From positions 106,392,001 through 106,456,000 of the forward strand of contig OZ360222.1 of assembly GCA_977017645.1 (NCBI GenBank): 64,000 bases of DNA, given 5' to 3'. The DNA is from Torpedo marmorata. Its lineage: Eukaryota. The position numbers and the translations under genes were made by a program. Numbering within the stretch: position 1 is the first letter of the stretch; every line of letters begins with the position of its first letter. The notes under the pieces are model-generated. The model searched no databases. It had not been told where the DNA came from and worked only from the letters and a program-made list of their open reading frames with translations. Below, piece after piece: positions 38,371 through 51,356 of the stretch.

Positions 38371-39737
38371 CAGGGCCGGTGCCAGACTATTTTGCACCCT
38401 AGGCAAGGCCAACTACTTACACCCCCCAAAAAAAATTGCCAACTTCAATTTTCAAAAACAGATGTTTTGTAGAAAAAATGAAAAGCACAAAACTTGAAAT
38501 TGCTAAATTTATTTTAAATTGCAAGAATAAGTAATACATCAATCCTTGATTATCTTTCTCAAATACAAAATAAAATATTTTGGCACACAAATTATTTTAA
38601 ACTAAAGGGCACAGTAGAATGCATACCTCCACCAAGGGCAACACAACATTAAAACCTTTTACTTCACACACCTTTAAGTCTATATACCTTCCAGTGTCAT
38701 TTTTTTCCACAAGAATGATGCAGTATGAAAATGCCCCTTTGGCCCATCAAGTTTGCTCTGACTTTCCCGTAACCATTTTTACAAATCTAAGCTGTTCCCT
38801 TTTTTTATTTTCCCACATTTCTATCATTTCCCCCCAGATTCTACAACTCACTTACACACTACAGCAATGGCCAATAATCTACCTGCCCACATCTTTGAGA
38901 TTTGAGAGGAAATTGAAGTATCCAAAGGAAGCTCACATGGTCACAGGGAGAATGTGCAAACTGCACACAGACAGTGCCAGAGTTCAGGGCAGAAGCCAGA
39001 TCGCTGGAGTTGTAAGGTAGTAACTCTATTAATTGCACCACTGTGAGACAGCATCAACACCAAATTGCATAACTTGTTCATGACAATAAATTCTGATTCT
39101 ATAGCAATAATAAAGTTGATTACATGTCTCTTTAAGAACTGCCTGGAAGGATAGTATCTCCATATTACACAACAACAACTGTGAGAACTTGCAATACATT
39201 GATAGAGAACCCTGAGCAAAATGTAACTGTACCATAGAATACTACAGCACAGAATACAGGCCATACAATACATGCATTCATACAGTATAAATAAAGAACT
39301 GAAAGAAAAGAATATTCACTCACCCTCCTTGGCTCCTTCAAAGCCTGCCACACTACTCCACTCGACGTCGACTGAAGCGCTGCGGCCGCTGCCGATCGCG
39401 CCAGAACTACGCGCCTGCGCATAGCTGCGCTAAACATTCACCCGTCTGCGGGCCCACCGCGCACGCACCAACCGGCCCCAGTACTAACCCACCGTGCATG
39501 CGCCGGCCGGCACCGGTACTCAAATCCATCGCGCATGTGCCAGCCAGCACTCACGCATGCACACAAGAATAAAGATGGCCGCGCCCAGCCAATGGACCCC
39601 GGGACGCCGACTAAAAAAGTAAGTACACTTTTGCACATTTAGTCCACACACCGGATATCTGGCCACCCTGTCTGGGCCCCTCTGAGGTCTGCGCCCGAGG
39701 CAGCTGCTTAGTTCGCCTAGTGGTAGCGCCGGCCCTG
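38371..39737. mobile_element. hAT-type non-autonomous element with composite interior
   Basis: TIR CAGGGCCGGTGC / GCGCCGGCCCTG; TSD ACCATCAA / ACTATCAA (7/8 match). Confidence 0.85.
38725..39045 (-). mobile_element. Decayed HE1-type SINE inside the hAT element
   Basis: CACAGGGAGAATGTGCAAACT...CACAGACAG is the V-core reverse complement, as in 3911-4168. Confidence 0.75.
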
Positions 39738-40095
39738 ACTATCAAAATATCCTGTCAGTGAACATCACTGCACAGTACAGGTACTGCAAGAAACTGCAGA
39801 ATTCCTGCTCTCTGGCTCAGATTCTTCTTCTGACTAAAAATGCAACAGTAGCTTCTCAGACTACTGGTTAAAATGGCAGTTCAATGGCAATTTTATCATA
39901 TTATGGGTCTATGTGAGGAACTTGTCTGTTCTGATAAGTATCCTTCGTCCCAGTCTAGACAAAGTGAGTAACAAACCTAAGCCTACCAAGAGTGAACACG
40001 ATGTTAGAGTTCAATATTATTCTGTCTCCATTGCCATTGTCCATCAACTTGGGCAGGTCTTATAGCCATGTATTTGCAACTTTAATGATCCTTTA

Positions 40096-43000
40096 AACAT
40101 AGAAAATAGGTGCAGGAGTAGGCCATTCGGCCCTTCGAGCCTGCACCGCCATTCAGTATGATCATGGCTGATGATCCAACTCAATACCCTGTACCTGCTT
40201 TCTCACCATACCCCCTGATCCCCTTAGCCACAAGGACCACATCTAACTCCCTCTTAAATATAGCCAATGAACTGGCCTCTACTGTTTCCTGTGGCAGAGA
40301 ATTCCACAGATTCACCACTCTCTGTGTGAAGAAATTTTTCCTCATCTCGGTCCTAAACGATTTCCCCCTTATCCTTAAACTGTGACCCCTGGTTCTAGAC
40401 TTTCCCAACATCGGGAACAATCTTCCTGCATCTAGCTTATCCAATCCCTTAAGAATTTTATATGTTTCAATAAGATCCCCCTTCAATCTTCGAAATTCCA
40501 GTGAGTATAAGCCTAGTCGGCCAAGTCTTTTTTTTAAATATTTTATTTTAAATTTTCAAATTTTTCGCAATAATACAAAATAGTACAAAGTACATAATAA
40601 ACATTAATAAATTCAATACATACAAAATTCGTATTACCGTGATTCTAACCCCATCTAAACCCACCCTCACTAAAACAACCCACCCTCCACCCTTCCCATC
40701 CCTTATTCCTTCCCCTTACTAAAAATAAGAAAAGAAACAGAGAGGAAGAAAAATATCTGTACAGGTCCACGGCTCGGTGCAAGATATTCAACAATGTTCG
40801 TTCTTTAAATTTAAATTTAAGAGAGTCAGCAGGGTCTAGGATGTAGGGCAACACATTTAAATATTCATACCTAATAATTGGATGAATGGACGCCAAATTT
40901 GCAAAAATACCCCATATTTATTCCTCATATTATATGTTATTCTTTCCAATGGAATACAACTCTGCATCTCTGAATTCCATCTATCCATACTTAAATTTGT
41001 ATCCGATTTCCAAGTTACTGCTATACATTTCCTTGCTACTGCTAATGCAATTTTTACAAATTTCAATTGCCATGTAGATAACTTCAATTTTGGTCTAGTT
41101 CCTTCCACGTTTCCCAATAAGAATAAGTCAGGATTCTGTGGAAATGTAACACCTGTAATTTGTTTTAACCGATTTCCTAACTCTATCCAAAAACCTTTAA
41201 CCTTTGAACATGACCACGTTGAGTGTAAAAAGGTTCCCTCTTCTTCACCACATCTAAAGCATCTATTTGATATCGTAGAGTTTATCTTATTCAATTTTTG
41301 TGGTGTAAGATATAATTGATGTAAAAAGTTATATTGTACCAATCTATATCTTACATTAACAGTATTAGTCATACTATCTAAACATAGGTCTGACCACCTT
41401 TTTTCATCAATTATAACATTAAGATCTTGTTCCCATCTTTGTCTAGATTTATGAAGTCCTCGTTTTAAAGCTCCCCTTTGTAGCAAAGAATACACTATAG
41501 AAGTAAATTTCTTAGTATTTCCTTTCCTAATAAGAGTTTCTACCTCACTACAATCATGTAACAAGAAGTCTGGACCTAATTTTTCTCTTAAATAACCTCC
41601 TAATTGAAAATAACAAAAAAGAGTATTATTAGGTATTCCATATTTATTCCGTAATTGTATAAATGACATCATTTGATTTCCTTCGTAACAATCTTCTATC
41701 TTCTTTATTCCTTTTAATGACCAAGTATTTAAAAATGGATTATCTTTTGTAAATGGTATAAGATTATTCTGTATCAAAGGCATTTTGGGTGATATACTTC
41801 CTTTCAACCCTATGTCATCATTAACTTTATTCCAAGCATTAATCAAATGTTTTAATAACGGTGTTTCTTTAACACCTGTCAGTAGTTTTGAATTCCATTT
41901 GTATATAAATTCTTGTGGTATCTTTTCTCCTATTTCTCCCAGTTCTATTCCAACCCACGCAGGTCTTTCTTCAGTTTCAAAAAAAGAAGCAACAAATCGC
42001 ATTTGTGCCGCTCGATAATAATTCTTAAAATTAGGGAGTTGCAAACCCCCCAATTCATATTTCCATGTTAAACGTTCCATTGAAACTCTTGACATTTTAC
42101 CTTTCCATAAAAATTTTCACACTTGTTTATTTAAATCCTGAAAGAAAACCTGTGGTAATAAAATAGGTATAGTCTGATACAAATACTGTATCCTTGGAAA
42201 TATATTCATTTTGATACAATTAACTCTTCCTATCAGTGTAATTGGTAAATTAATCCACTTTTCTAAATCCTCCTTAATCTTGTTAAGTAATGGTACATAG
42301 TTCCATTTATATAAATTTTTTAATTTATTATCTGTCCGAACCCCAAGATATTTTATTCCATTATGTGGCCATTTAAACTGAGTAGTTCTTTTACATACAG
42401 TATAGTCTCCCTCTGTAAGAGGCATAACTTCACTTTTATCCCAATTTATCTTATAACCAGAGACTTTTCCATATTCCTCCAGCTTGAAATGTAGTCTTTG
42501 CAAAGAAGTCTCAGGCTCTGTCAAGTATATTAAAACATCATCCGCAAATAAACTAATTTTATGTTGCTCTTGACCGACTGTAAATCCCTTAATTGCCAAA
42601 TCACTTCTAATAGCCTCTGCTAACAGTTCTATAGCTAATACAAATAAAGCTGGTGACAATGGGCACCCTTGCCGACTAGATCTTGTTAAACAAAACGAAG
42701 TTGATATTTGTCCATTGGTCACTACTTTAGCTTTTGGAGCATTATATAATGCTTTAATCCAATCTATATAAGTCTTCCCAAATCCAAATTTCTCCAAAAC
42801 TTTGAATAAAAAGTCCCATTCCAACCTGTCAAAAGCTTTCTCTGCATCTAATGCCACTGCTATACTTGGCATTTTCCTTTTTTGGGCTAAATGCATAATA
42901 CTAAGTTACCTTGCTACATTGTCAGCTGCTTGTCTTTTTTTTATAAAACCTGTTTGATCTATATTTACTAATTTTGGCAAAAAATTTGTTAGGCCAAGTC

Positions 43001-43125
43001 TTTCTTCATATGAAAGTCCTGCCATCCCAGGAATCAATCTGGTGAATTTTCTCTGCACACCCTCTATGGCAAGAATGTCTTTCCTCAGATTAGGAGACCA
43101 AAACTGTACACAATACTCCAGGTGT
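40096..43125 (-). mobile_element. CR1 3' fragment split by an L1 insertion (pieces 40096-40530 and 42992-43125)
   Basis: KGDLIETYKIL...FFTQRVVNLWNSLP; the CR1 sequence resumes after 42991. Confidence 0.9.
40531..42991 (-). mobile_element. L1-clade LINE, 5'-truncated (ORF2 RT and C-terminal CCHC)
   Basis: LDAEKAFDR, RQGCPLSP, LFADD, YLGV, GGLQLPNFKNYY, CFRC...HSTWSC; A-rich tail; 12-bp TSD GGCCAAGTCTTT (40519-30, 42992-43003). Confidence 0.93.
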
Positions 43126-43452
43126 ATCTATGGTCCCTCTCCCTAACTGCCCATCATTTGTAGATTTTATGAACAAAGGACTATATTCTCTCACCCTAAA
43201 TGCCCTCATTAACACCACGACAAGATTGTTTACAGGCTCACCTTATTCTCTTTGAATATCCTTCCCTCATGCACCCTGCAAACTAAATACAACGTTGCAT
43301 CTCCTTCCCGATATCAATGAAGATCTCAGACCGGAACCAAAAACTCGATTTCTCTTTCCATTGATATTGGCTGACCTGCTAAGTGTTTACACAATTTTCT
43401 GCTTTTAATTCAGATTTCCAGAAGTCCCATTTTTAAAAATTTTTCATATAAT

Positions 43453-44675
43453 AGGTCCACTACAATTCGCCTATCGTCACAATTGCTCCACAGCAGATGC
43501 AATATCGCTGGCTCTCCACTCAACTCTGGATCACCTCGAAAACAGCAATTCATACATACGGCTGCACTTCATCGACTACAGCTCGGCCTTCAATACCATT
43601 ATTCCCTCAGTGCTGGTCAAGAAGCTACTAACTCTAGGCCTCTGTACCCCCTCTGCAACTGGATCCTTGACTTTCTCATCGGAAGACCACAGTCAGTACG
43701 AGTTGGAAACAACGTCTCCTCCTCACTGATTATCAACACAGGCGCAACCCCAGGGATGCGTGCTTAGTCCACTACTCTACTCGTTATACACCCATGACTG
43801 TGTGGCTAGGCACAATTCCAAGGCCATCTACAAGTTTGCTGATGACACCACAGTTGTCGGCAGAATCACAAACGGCAATGAGGAAGCGTACAGGAGGGAG
43901 ATAGATCAGCTCGTTGAATGGTGTAACAACAACAACCTTGCGCTCAACGTCAGCAAAACCAAGGAGATGATTGTGGACTTCAGGAGGAAGTCAGGGGAAC
44001 ACAACCCAGTCCTCTTCGAGGGCTCAGTAGTGGAGAGGGTCAAGAACTTCAAATTCCTGGGTGTCAACATCTCCGAGGATCTGTCTTGGAGCCTCCACAT
44101 TGATGCAATCACAAAGAAGGCTCGCCAGCGGCTATACTTTGTGAGGTTTCTGAGGAGATTCGGTATGTCACTGAAGACTCTCATAAACTTCTACTGGTGT
44201 ACCGTGGAGAGCATTCTGGCTGGTTGCATCACTACCTGGTATGGAGGCACCAACTCTCAGGACAAGAATAAACTCCAGAAGGTTGTTAACTCGGCCTGTG
44301 ACATCACAGGCACCAAACTTCACTCCATCGAGGACATCTACATGAGGCAGTGTCTTAAAAAAGCAGCCTCTATCCTCAAAGACCCCCACCACCCAGGCCA
44401 TGCCCTCTTCACTCTGCTACCATCGGGAAAAAGGTATAGGAGCCTAAAGACGAGCACTCAACGGCACAAGGACAGCTTCTTCCCCGTTGCCATCAGATTC
44501 CTGAATAATCAATGAACCAAAGACACTGCCTTACTTTTCGTGCACTATTATTTATATATATATATTTTTATAGTAATGTCGTAAGATGGTTATAATATGA
44601 ATTATTGCACTATGATGCTGCGCAAAACACCGAATTTCATGACTTGTTCATGAGAATAAATTCTGATTCTGATTC
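43453..44675 (+). mobile_element. Rex1/Babar LINE, 5'-truncated
   Basis: ORF 43760..44515 [13 protein letters not shown]...KFADD...; tail AATAAA(TTCTGA)n. Confidence 0.93.
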
Positions 44676-45137
44676 AAGTTTGGACAATGTCCTACATTTT
44701 CCAAATCACAATTTTTTCCACACTAAAAATATTAGAATGATAATTCAAAGCATATTCATGTTACAATTATCCAGGAGCAAAATATCCACGTTTCTTTCTC
44801 CAACTTACCTCGGGACTGACCATATTTAAGCCATATAAATGCACAAGCATTTTCAAATAGTTCGTCATTGAACAAAAGCATTAAACTACTTGAAAATGCA
44901 ACCAACTTTCCACTTCCCTCTCAGAAGCATTGGCATTATTTCAGAATTGAGCCTGATCTTGCTTTTAAAGTAAAAGGACAAGAATTTAGAGAAAAAAACT
45001 CCAGCTTAGAAATCCATCTTAGAAACGGAGGCATTCAGTGCATACCAGCAACTTCTAGTGAACACATGTCACCCTCCAGAAGCAGCTTGCCAGAAGTCTT
45101 GGCCCCATGGCAGAGTTGGGGACTGGGGAAGGGCAAA

Positions 45138-45708
45138 CATAACCATATATAACCATATAACAATTACAGCACGGAAACAGGCCATTAGGCCCTTCCAGTC
45201 CGCACCGAACCAAACATTCCTATCTAGTCCCACCTACCTGCACCCTGCCCATAACCCTCCACTTCCTTCTCATCCATATACTTGTCCAACTTTTTCTTAA
45301 ATAATAAAATTGACTCTGCCGCCACTACTTCTCCCGGAAGCTCATTCCACACCGCTACCACTCTCTGAGTAAAGAAGTTCCCCCTCATGTTACCTCTAAA
45401 CCTCTGCCCCTTAATTCTTAGCTCATGTCCTCTTGTTTCAATCTCTCCTGTTCTTAATGGAAATAGTCTATCCACATCCACTCTGTCTATCCCCTTCATA
45501 ATTTTAAATACCTCTATCAAATCCCCTCTCAACCTTCTACGCTCCAAAGAATAAAGACCTAATCTGCTCAATCTCTCCTTGTACTCTATATTCTTAAACC
45601 CAGGCAACATTCTGGTAAACCTTCTCTGCACTCTCTCCACCTTGTTGATATCCTTCCTATAATTTGGCGACCAGAACTGCATACAGAACTCTACATTAGG
45701 CCGCACCA
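45138..45708 (-). mobile_element. CR1 3' fragment
   Basis: ORF 45224..45709 VRPNVEFCMQFWSP...RGDLIEVFKI; 3' AACCATAT repeats. Confidence 0.92.
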
Positions 45709-46284
45709 AAAGAGCAAGCCTGGACCGATCCGACTCCCCACAACAACAACCTCTTAAAAAATCAGCAGAGGCTGAAATGAGTGAATGTGGGGTTCTGATG
45801 AACCAGTCACCTTGTATCTTTTGACAGATGCTGCCTAACCAGCTGAGTGTTTTGAGCTTTTTTTTATTTTTATTCCATTTATGTTGTGCCTATAACATAG
45901 CAAAAACTAATTCCTCCCCCCCACCCCACATTCTTCATAAGAGAGATTGTCCACTGCTGTGTCGAACGGAACAATTGGCCCAGTGGTGCATCCTGATGTT
46001 ACAGTGATTTATCTTGCATAATTGGTGACTAATTGTCGATTTACAACGTTTAAAATAGTCAGAAAGCACAGGTGATTAATGAGACCAGAAACCACAAAAT
46101 GTGCATCAAACACCTTTCACCAAATCACAACTATGAACATTAGTTGATCAGATAAAACAATTCATAACTTTATTCTCAATGTACTTTGTTGCAATAAACA
46201 CCATTCAAGGTATCATGAAGCCTTTCATTAAATGTTGCCACATTAATTAGGCATGATTGAAATATTCTGTGTATATAGAATTGT

Positions 46285-48262
46285 AGTCATAGAGTTAGGC
46301 CCTTCAGCATTGACAACCAAGGATCTTACCTGAGCTAGTCCCATTTACCTGAGCTTCACCCATATCCCTCCAAATCTTTCTTATCCATATAACTGTCCAA
46401 ATACCTTATAAATCTTGTAGCTGTGCCTGCCTCTACCATTTTTTCTGGCAGGTAATTACAACTACCTACCACCCTCTGCGTGACCCTCAGATCCCCTTTA
46501 AATGTTTCTCTCTCACCTTAAACCTATGCTCTCTAGGTTTGGATTCGTCTACCCATGTTTAAGGAAAGAAAGCGGAGGTGGGATGGCAGCGCTGCCGGAG
46601 CCGCTGTAGCGGCAGCGCTGCCACTAGTGCAGACCCGCGGGGAGTGAGGAAGCAGAGATGCAGCGCTCCCGCAGGGTCCAGCGCCCAGTCGACTGCCGTC
46701 GGTTCCGCACGGGCTTTGAACGGCCCGTTGAGGGAGCCGACGGTGGTTTTATTTAAGATCCCGCGACCACGGGGTCTGCGCCCAAGATGGCAGCGCCTTT
46801 AACCGGCAGCAGCCACAAGGGGCTGCAGACTCTGGGGAAGCGGAGGACTGGAGCAGGGCACCAGAGGACGGGAAGATCACCCCCCGTCTGAGAAGGAGAA
46901 GTGGAGGAGACGACCCACGGGACGGAGACCACGGCAGCGGACCAGTGAGGGGGCTCTAAGGCTGAAGGACCAGTGCATGCGGCGGGCTGCTGGCGACTCG
47001 AGCGGAGGAACCCGCGGAGGCTGTGGGCTGCTGGAGACTGCTGCCGGGAGACTCACGCCGGGCTGCTGACTGCTGGAGGCTGGATTGAACTGGCTGGAGG
47101 AGTACCAGGTATCGGAACCGGGATGCGAGGGGTGCCGAGGGCGCCCTGACCGTGTTGGAGGTTCGGATCTGGAGCTCGGGTTGCCGATGGTTTGGACTGG
47201 ACTCTGTAAGGCTGCGGAAGCGCTGGAGGCGAATCTATGGACACTCGGTGACTCTGGGGGGACTCTCTTTTGCTTCTCTTTCTCTGACTGTAAGGAATGT
47301 AAGAGGCGCTTAGGAAATTTCTGCCGGTGGCGAATCTGTTTGCCTTGCAGCAGGCAAAAAGAAATTTCATGGAATATAAGATTGTTTTATTACTATGACA
47401 ATAAATTGCATCTTGAATCTTGATCTTGAAAAAGTCTGTGACTATCTACCACATCTATTTCCCTCATGAATATATAAACCTCCATAATGTCACTGCTCAG
47501 TCTCCTTCTTACTCAAGCCCTCCGGTCCCAGCAATATTCTTGTGAATTTTTTCTGCCCCCTCTCTAGCTTAATCACATCCTTCCAAAACTGCACATGATA
47601 CTCCAACTGCAGTCTAACCAACATCTTGTATAAATGTGACATCACATCCGACCTCCCGTACTCAGAGCCTTGACCAATGAAGACTAGTGTGTCATAGCTT
47701 TTTTCACCACCATATCCAACTTGTGTCACCACTTTCAGGGAACTGAAAATATCTCTAGGTTTTTTTGTTCAACAACACACCCGAGTACCCCGTCATTCAC
47801 TGTATGTCCTGCCCTGGTTTAACTTCCAAAAATGATTCACTTTGTACTTACCTGCATTAAATTCCACTTGCAATTATTTTGCCTCCTTTACTGTTGATCT
47901 TGATCCTGTTATAACCTTAGATATTCTCTTCACTGTCCACTACACCATCAATTTTGTTGATTTCACAGAATTAATAATCATGCCACCTACATTCTCATCC
48001 AGATCATAAATAAATATGACAAACAAAGGGACCCAGCACCAACCTCTGTGGTCCCCACTGGTCTCAGGCCTCCAACCTGAAAAACAACTCTCCACTACCA
48101 CCCTCTGACTCTTACCACCAAGCTCATTCTAAATCCAATTGGCCAGCTCACCATGGTGCTCATATGATCTAACCTTCCAGATCAGCCTACCATGTGGGAC
48201 CTTATCAAAGGCCTTGCTAAAGTCCACATAGACAACATCTACCACCCTACCCTCTTTAATCC
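46285..48262 (-). mobile_element. Decayed CR1 interrupted by the 850-bp element
   Basis: LYKMLVRLQLEYHVQFW; GGGACCTTATCAAAGGCCTTGCTAAAGTCCA encodes DFSKAFDKVP on the minus strand. Confidence 0.8.
46583..47429 (+). mobile_element. ~850-bp GC-rich non-coding retroposon with Rex/Babar-like tail, copy 1
   Basis: Near-identical to 53702-54548 and 58609-59327; ends GACAATAAA plus (ATCTTGA)n; no RT ORF. Confidence 0.85.
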
Positions 48263-48700
48263 TCAGTCAAGAAGTCCAGTATCCAGTTGCAGAGAGGGGC
48301 GTTGAGGGGCGTTATCTTGGTGCCTCTGGATGAACAGAACATCACGGTCACTCGACTGATTTAATTCAAAGTAGCCCTGGTCCAAATGCTTTAATAGTTT
48401 CACTCACATTTAATATTTTATCTTTTTCTGATTGTTTCCCAAACTTGCAGAATGCTTGCAGGAACCCGTCACCATGTTACCCTCACCAGCCTCTGACGTA
48501 TGATCATGTTGAATGCTGAGCTAAAGTCAATGAACAACAGCCTAGTGTGTGAGGCATCATTCTCCAAGTGGGTCAGGACGGAGTGGAGGGTCAAAGCTAT
48601 CGCATCATCTGTGGACCAGTTTGGATGGTAGGCAAACTGGAACGTATCCAATGTCACTGAAAGGTGTGATTTAATGTGTTCCACCACCAGTCACTCAAAA
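48263..48700 (-). mobile_element. Rex1/Babar fragment with a templated insertion
   Basis: FQFAYHPNWSTDDAI...RLLFIDFSSAFN, interrupted at 48312-48484. Confidence 0.8.
48312..48484 (+). repeat. ~170-bp dispersed direct repeat of 50481-50647
   Basis: TTATCTTGGTG...CTGATTTAATTCAAAGTAGCCCTGGTCCA...GCAGGAACCCGTCACCATGTTACCCTC at both sites. Confidence 0.92.
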
Positions 48701-51356
48701 TACTCCATTTCCCATGTGTGCTTATTCTTCAATATCTCTGAGCTTAGAGTGGGTTTCAAAGTCCCTCCTCTCACCTACTTTCAGAGGTGCAGGGTAGCTT
48801 TAAATGATACCACCATTCACAAACCTGGCTCTCTGTTAAAGCATGTTGATAAATAAGAAAGTCTGCAGATGCTGGGGTCGAGTACAATACACAAAAATGC
48901 TGGAGAAATTCAGCATTTTTACTTTTACTTCCTCTGGATGCTGTGTGACTTTCATAGTTTCTCTTGCATTTTTGTGTATTGCTCTGCTAATGCATGCAGC
49001 CAATGAACAGCACAGCTAGCTAGCAGCCATGTCAATGAGCAGGAAGTTAGTTTTGCTTGCTTTGGAAGAAATAGGCTTGGTTAACCATGCATTGCAATTC
49101 CCATGGCAGTTTCAAGGCTTATTGAATTTTTCACCCATTGGTTTCAATGCTAAGTAGAAATTGGAAGATATAAAAAAGCAATAATTCTGCTTAGAGCAAC
49201 TTCACACAAGCAAACAGGATCAAAATTAGTTGCTCTATCATCTAACCAATACTACAGACACAAAGGTAAATGCAGAAAATGAAGGGAAGTACTCAGCAAG
49301 TCAGGTCAGTTGTCCTAAAGCTCTGTTTCTCTCTCGACAGATGCTGCCTGAAATACTAAATATTTCCTGCACATTCTCTTTTTATTTCAGATTTCCAGCA
49401 TCTGCAGTCTTTAATTGAAAAGTTGAAAGACTAAAAGTCTTCTATGGCTTTAACTTTATTGCATTAACCCAGATCCAGTGACTATCTAATTCACCATGGG
49501 GATAAGGTAAGAGAATGACGTTGAAGCTAAAGGCCAGCCACAATCGTATTATTTGACAGAGTAGATCCTCTCCAGTTCCTATCCCTTCGGACATCATTGA
49601 CAGAAACACCACAATTTTCCACTCATATGCTGCCACTATCAACTCACAAATTTACATATTCATATAAGGTATATAACTTAATGAAATAATGCAAATGATT
49701 GCAATTCTTACAAAACAGTGGCTGAAAAAAAATGAAACTGTATGCTGATGAGGGTTCAGTGAAGTCAATTTTGTATTTTTTTTATTCTGGCAACAGAATT
49801 CCAAAGTGGAAACAAAAGAATAATGGAAAAGTGGAATCATCAGAACCGGCAGTAAATGAAATGTCCATTATTAAAACATTGGTATTTTATAGTCAAATAA
49901 AATCGACCTAAAATGAAAATTTTCAAAAGGAAATTAACAATTCCTTTAAGAATAACATGTACAGAAGAATGGGAAAGGGCAAGAGACTGGATCTAATTTT
50001 AGAACTCAGTCTGACCCAGAACACACTAAAGAATTGTACCACTCAAGAGAGAGGGTTTTACAAGCCAAGCTGTCTTGGGCACAAGAAACCGAATGGCCTG
50101 ACTCTGTGCTGCAATATGTTATTATTCCACCTGTAAATGAACCTCTGTGTAAGAGATACCTCTAGATATTGTGTTCTATGTTATTACACACATCCTTACA
50201 TTTCACCTAACATACTTTGCATTAAAATATGTCTGCATAGACACACCTTCACATTCTAATAAAGGAATACAAATAAAGTTCACTCTTGATCATTGAATGC
50301 CGGATAAGTTTGAAATCCTCAATAATATAGGCATAGTTTATTACTGGTGTTCTTTCTGATCAATATGGACCAACATAATTTTAGCAAATTGAAACAGATC
50401 ATGAGTTTAATTTAATTTGTAGACATGTTCATTTCATTGGCCTGTCTATGTCTCTGATGTCCTCCTCAGCACGTGACATTTTATCTTGGTGCTCTGGATG
50501 AATGTCACGGTCACTCAACTGATTTAATTCAAAGTAGCCCTGGTCCAGATGCTTTAATAGTTTCACTCACATTTAATCATTCATCTTTTTCTGATTGTTT
50601 CCCAACCTTGCAGAATGTTTGCAGGAACCCGTCACCATGTTACCCTCTGTTTCTGTGAGCTTGTTTCTCTGGGAGGTGAACAGAAACAATCTCCTCAGCA
50701 TCAGCAATATCTCATTTTTGTTACAATAATTCATTATTAAGGCATCAGTGCTGTAACTGTACTGTGAATCACTGACAGTGGCTCACCTCGATTCACTTTA
50801 AAATTTATTTTAAATGCATTGATCTGATTGCACCATATCAATAGAAATGTAATGATAACCACAATGGGAGGAAGTATATTGCTTCTTGGGTATTCCACTT
50901 AAATGGCACAGATTGCTGGGTGAATTTTTATAAAAAGAATTAAAGGCCATATTTTCTTCTATTGAGAAAAAAAAACAGAAATATAACGCGTAACTTGTTT
51001 CTTTCTCCTCGTTATTGCTGAAGTGAAAAGAACATCATCTTTGGCCACTCCAGATAAAAGAAATGTGCATGCACAGCTGAGTGAACAGGAGTGCGCACAT
51101 TTAATTTATGGTGCATCTTCAAATTTCATAATTTGAAGTTATACTTCCTTAGAACATTATTTGATCAGGGAATACAGCAAATGTAGACAGGAATAGCCGT
51201 CCTTTATTACAATCCCCATTTTCGGACATGAATCTACTGCACAGGTCTAAGTGTGGCCTTAAAGTTGTGCCACTCCTTTCACCACAGGAAGAGGGAACTC
51301 TCAGGAGATGTCCACCCAGAAATTATAATCTTCACAAAAGACCATGAAAGGAGGAG

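Larger units (their letters stand above)
38088..39790 (+). mobile_element. Rex1/Babar fragment split by the hAT insertion
   Basis: KTKELVIDF...LKFLGVNIS...YRCTI stops at 38370 and resumes after 39745. Confidence 0.75.
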
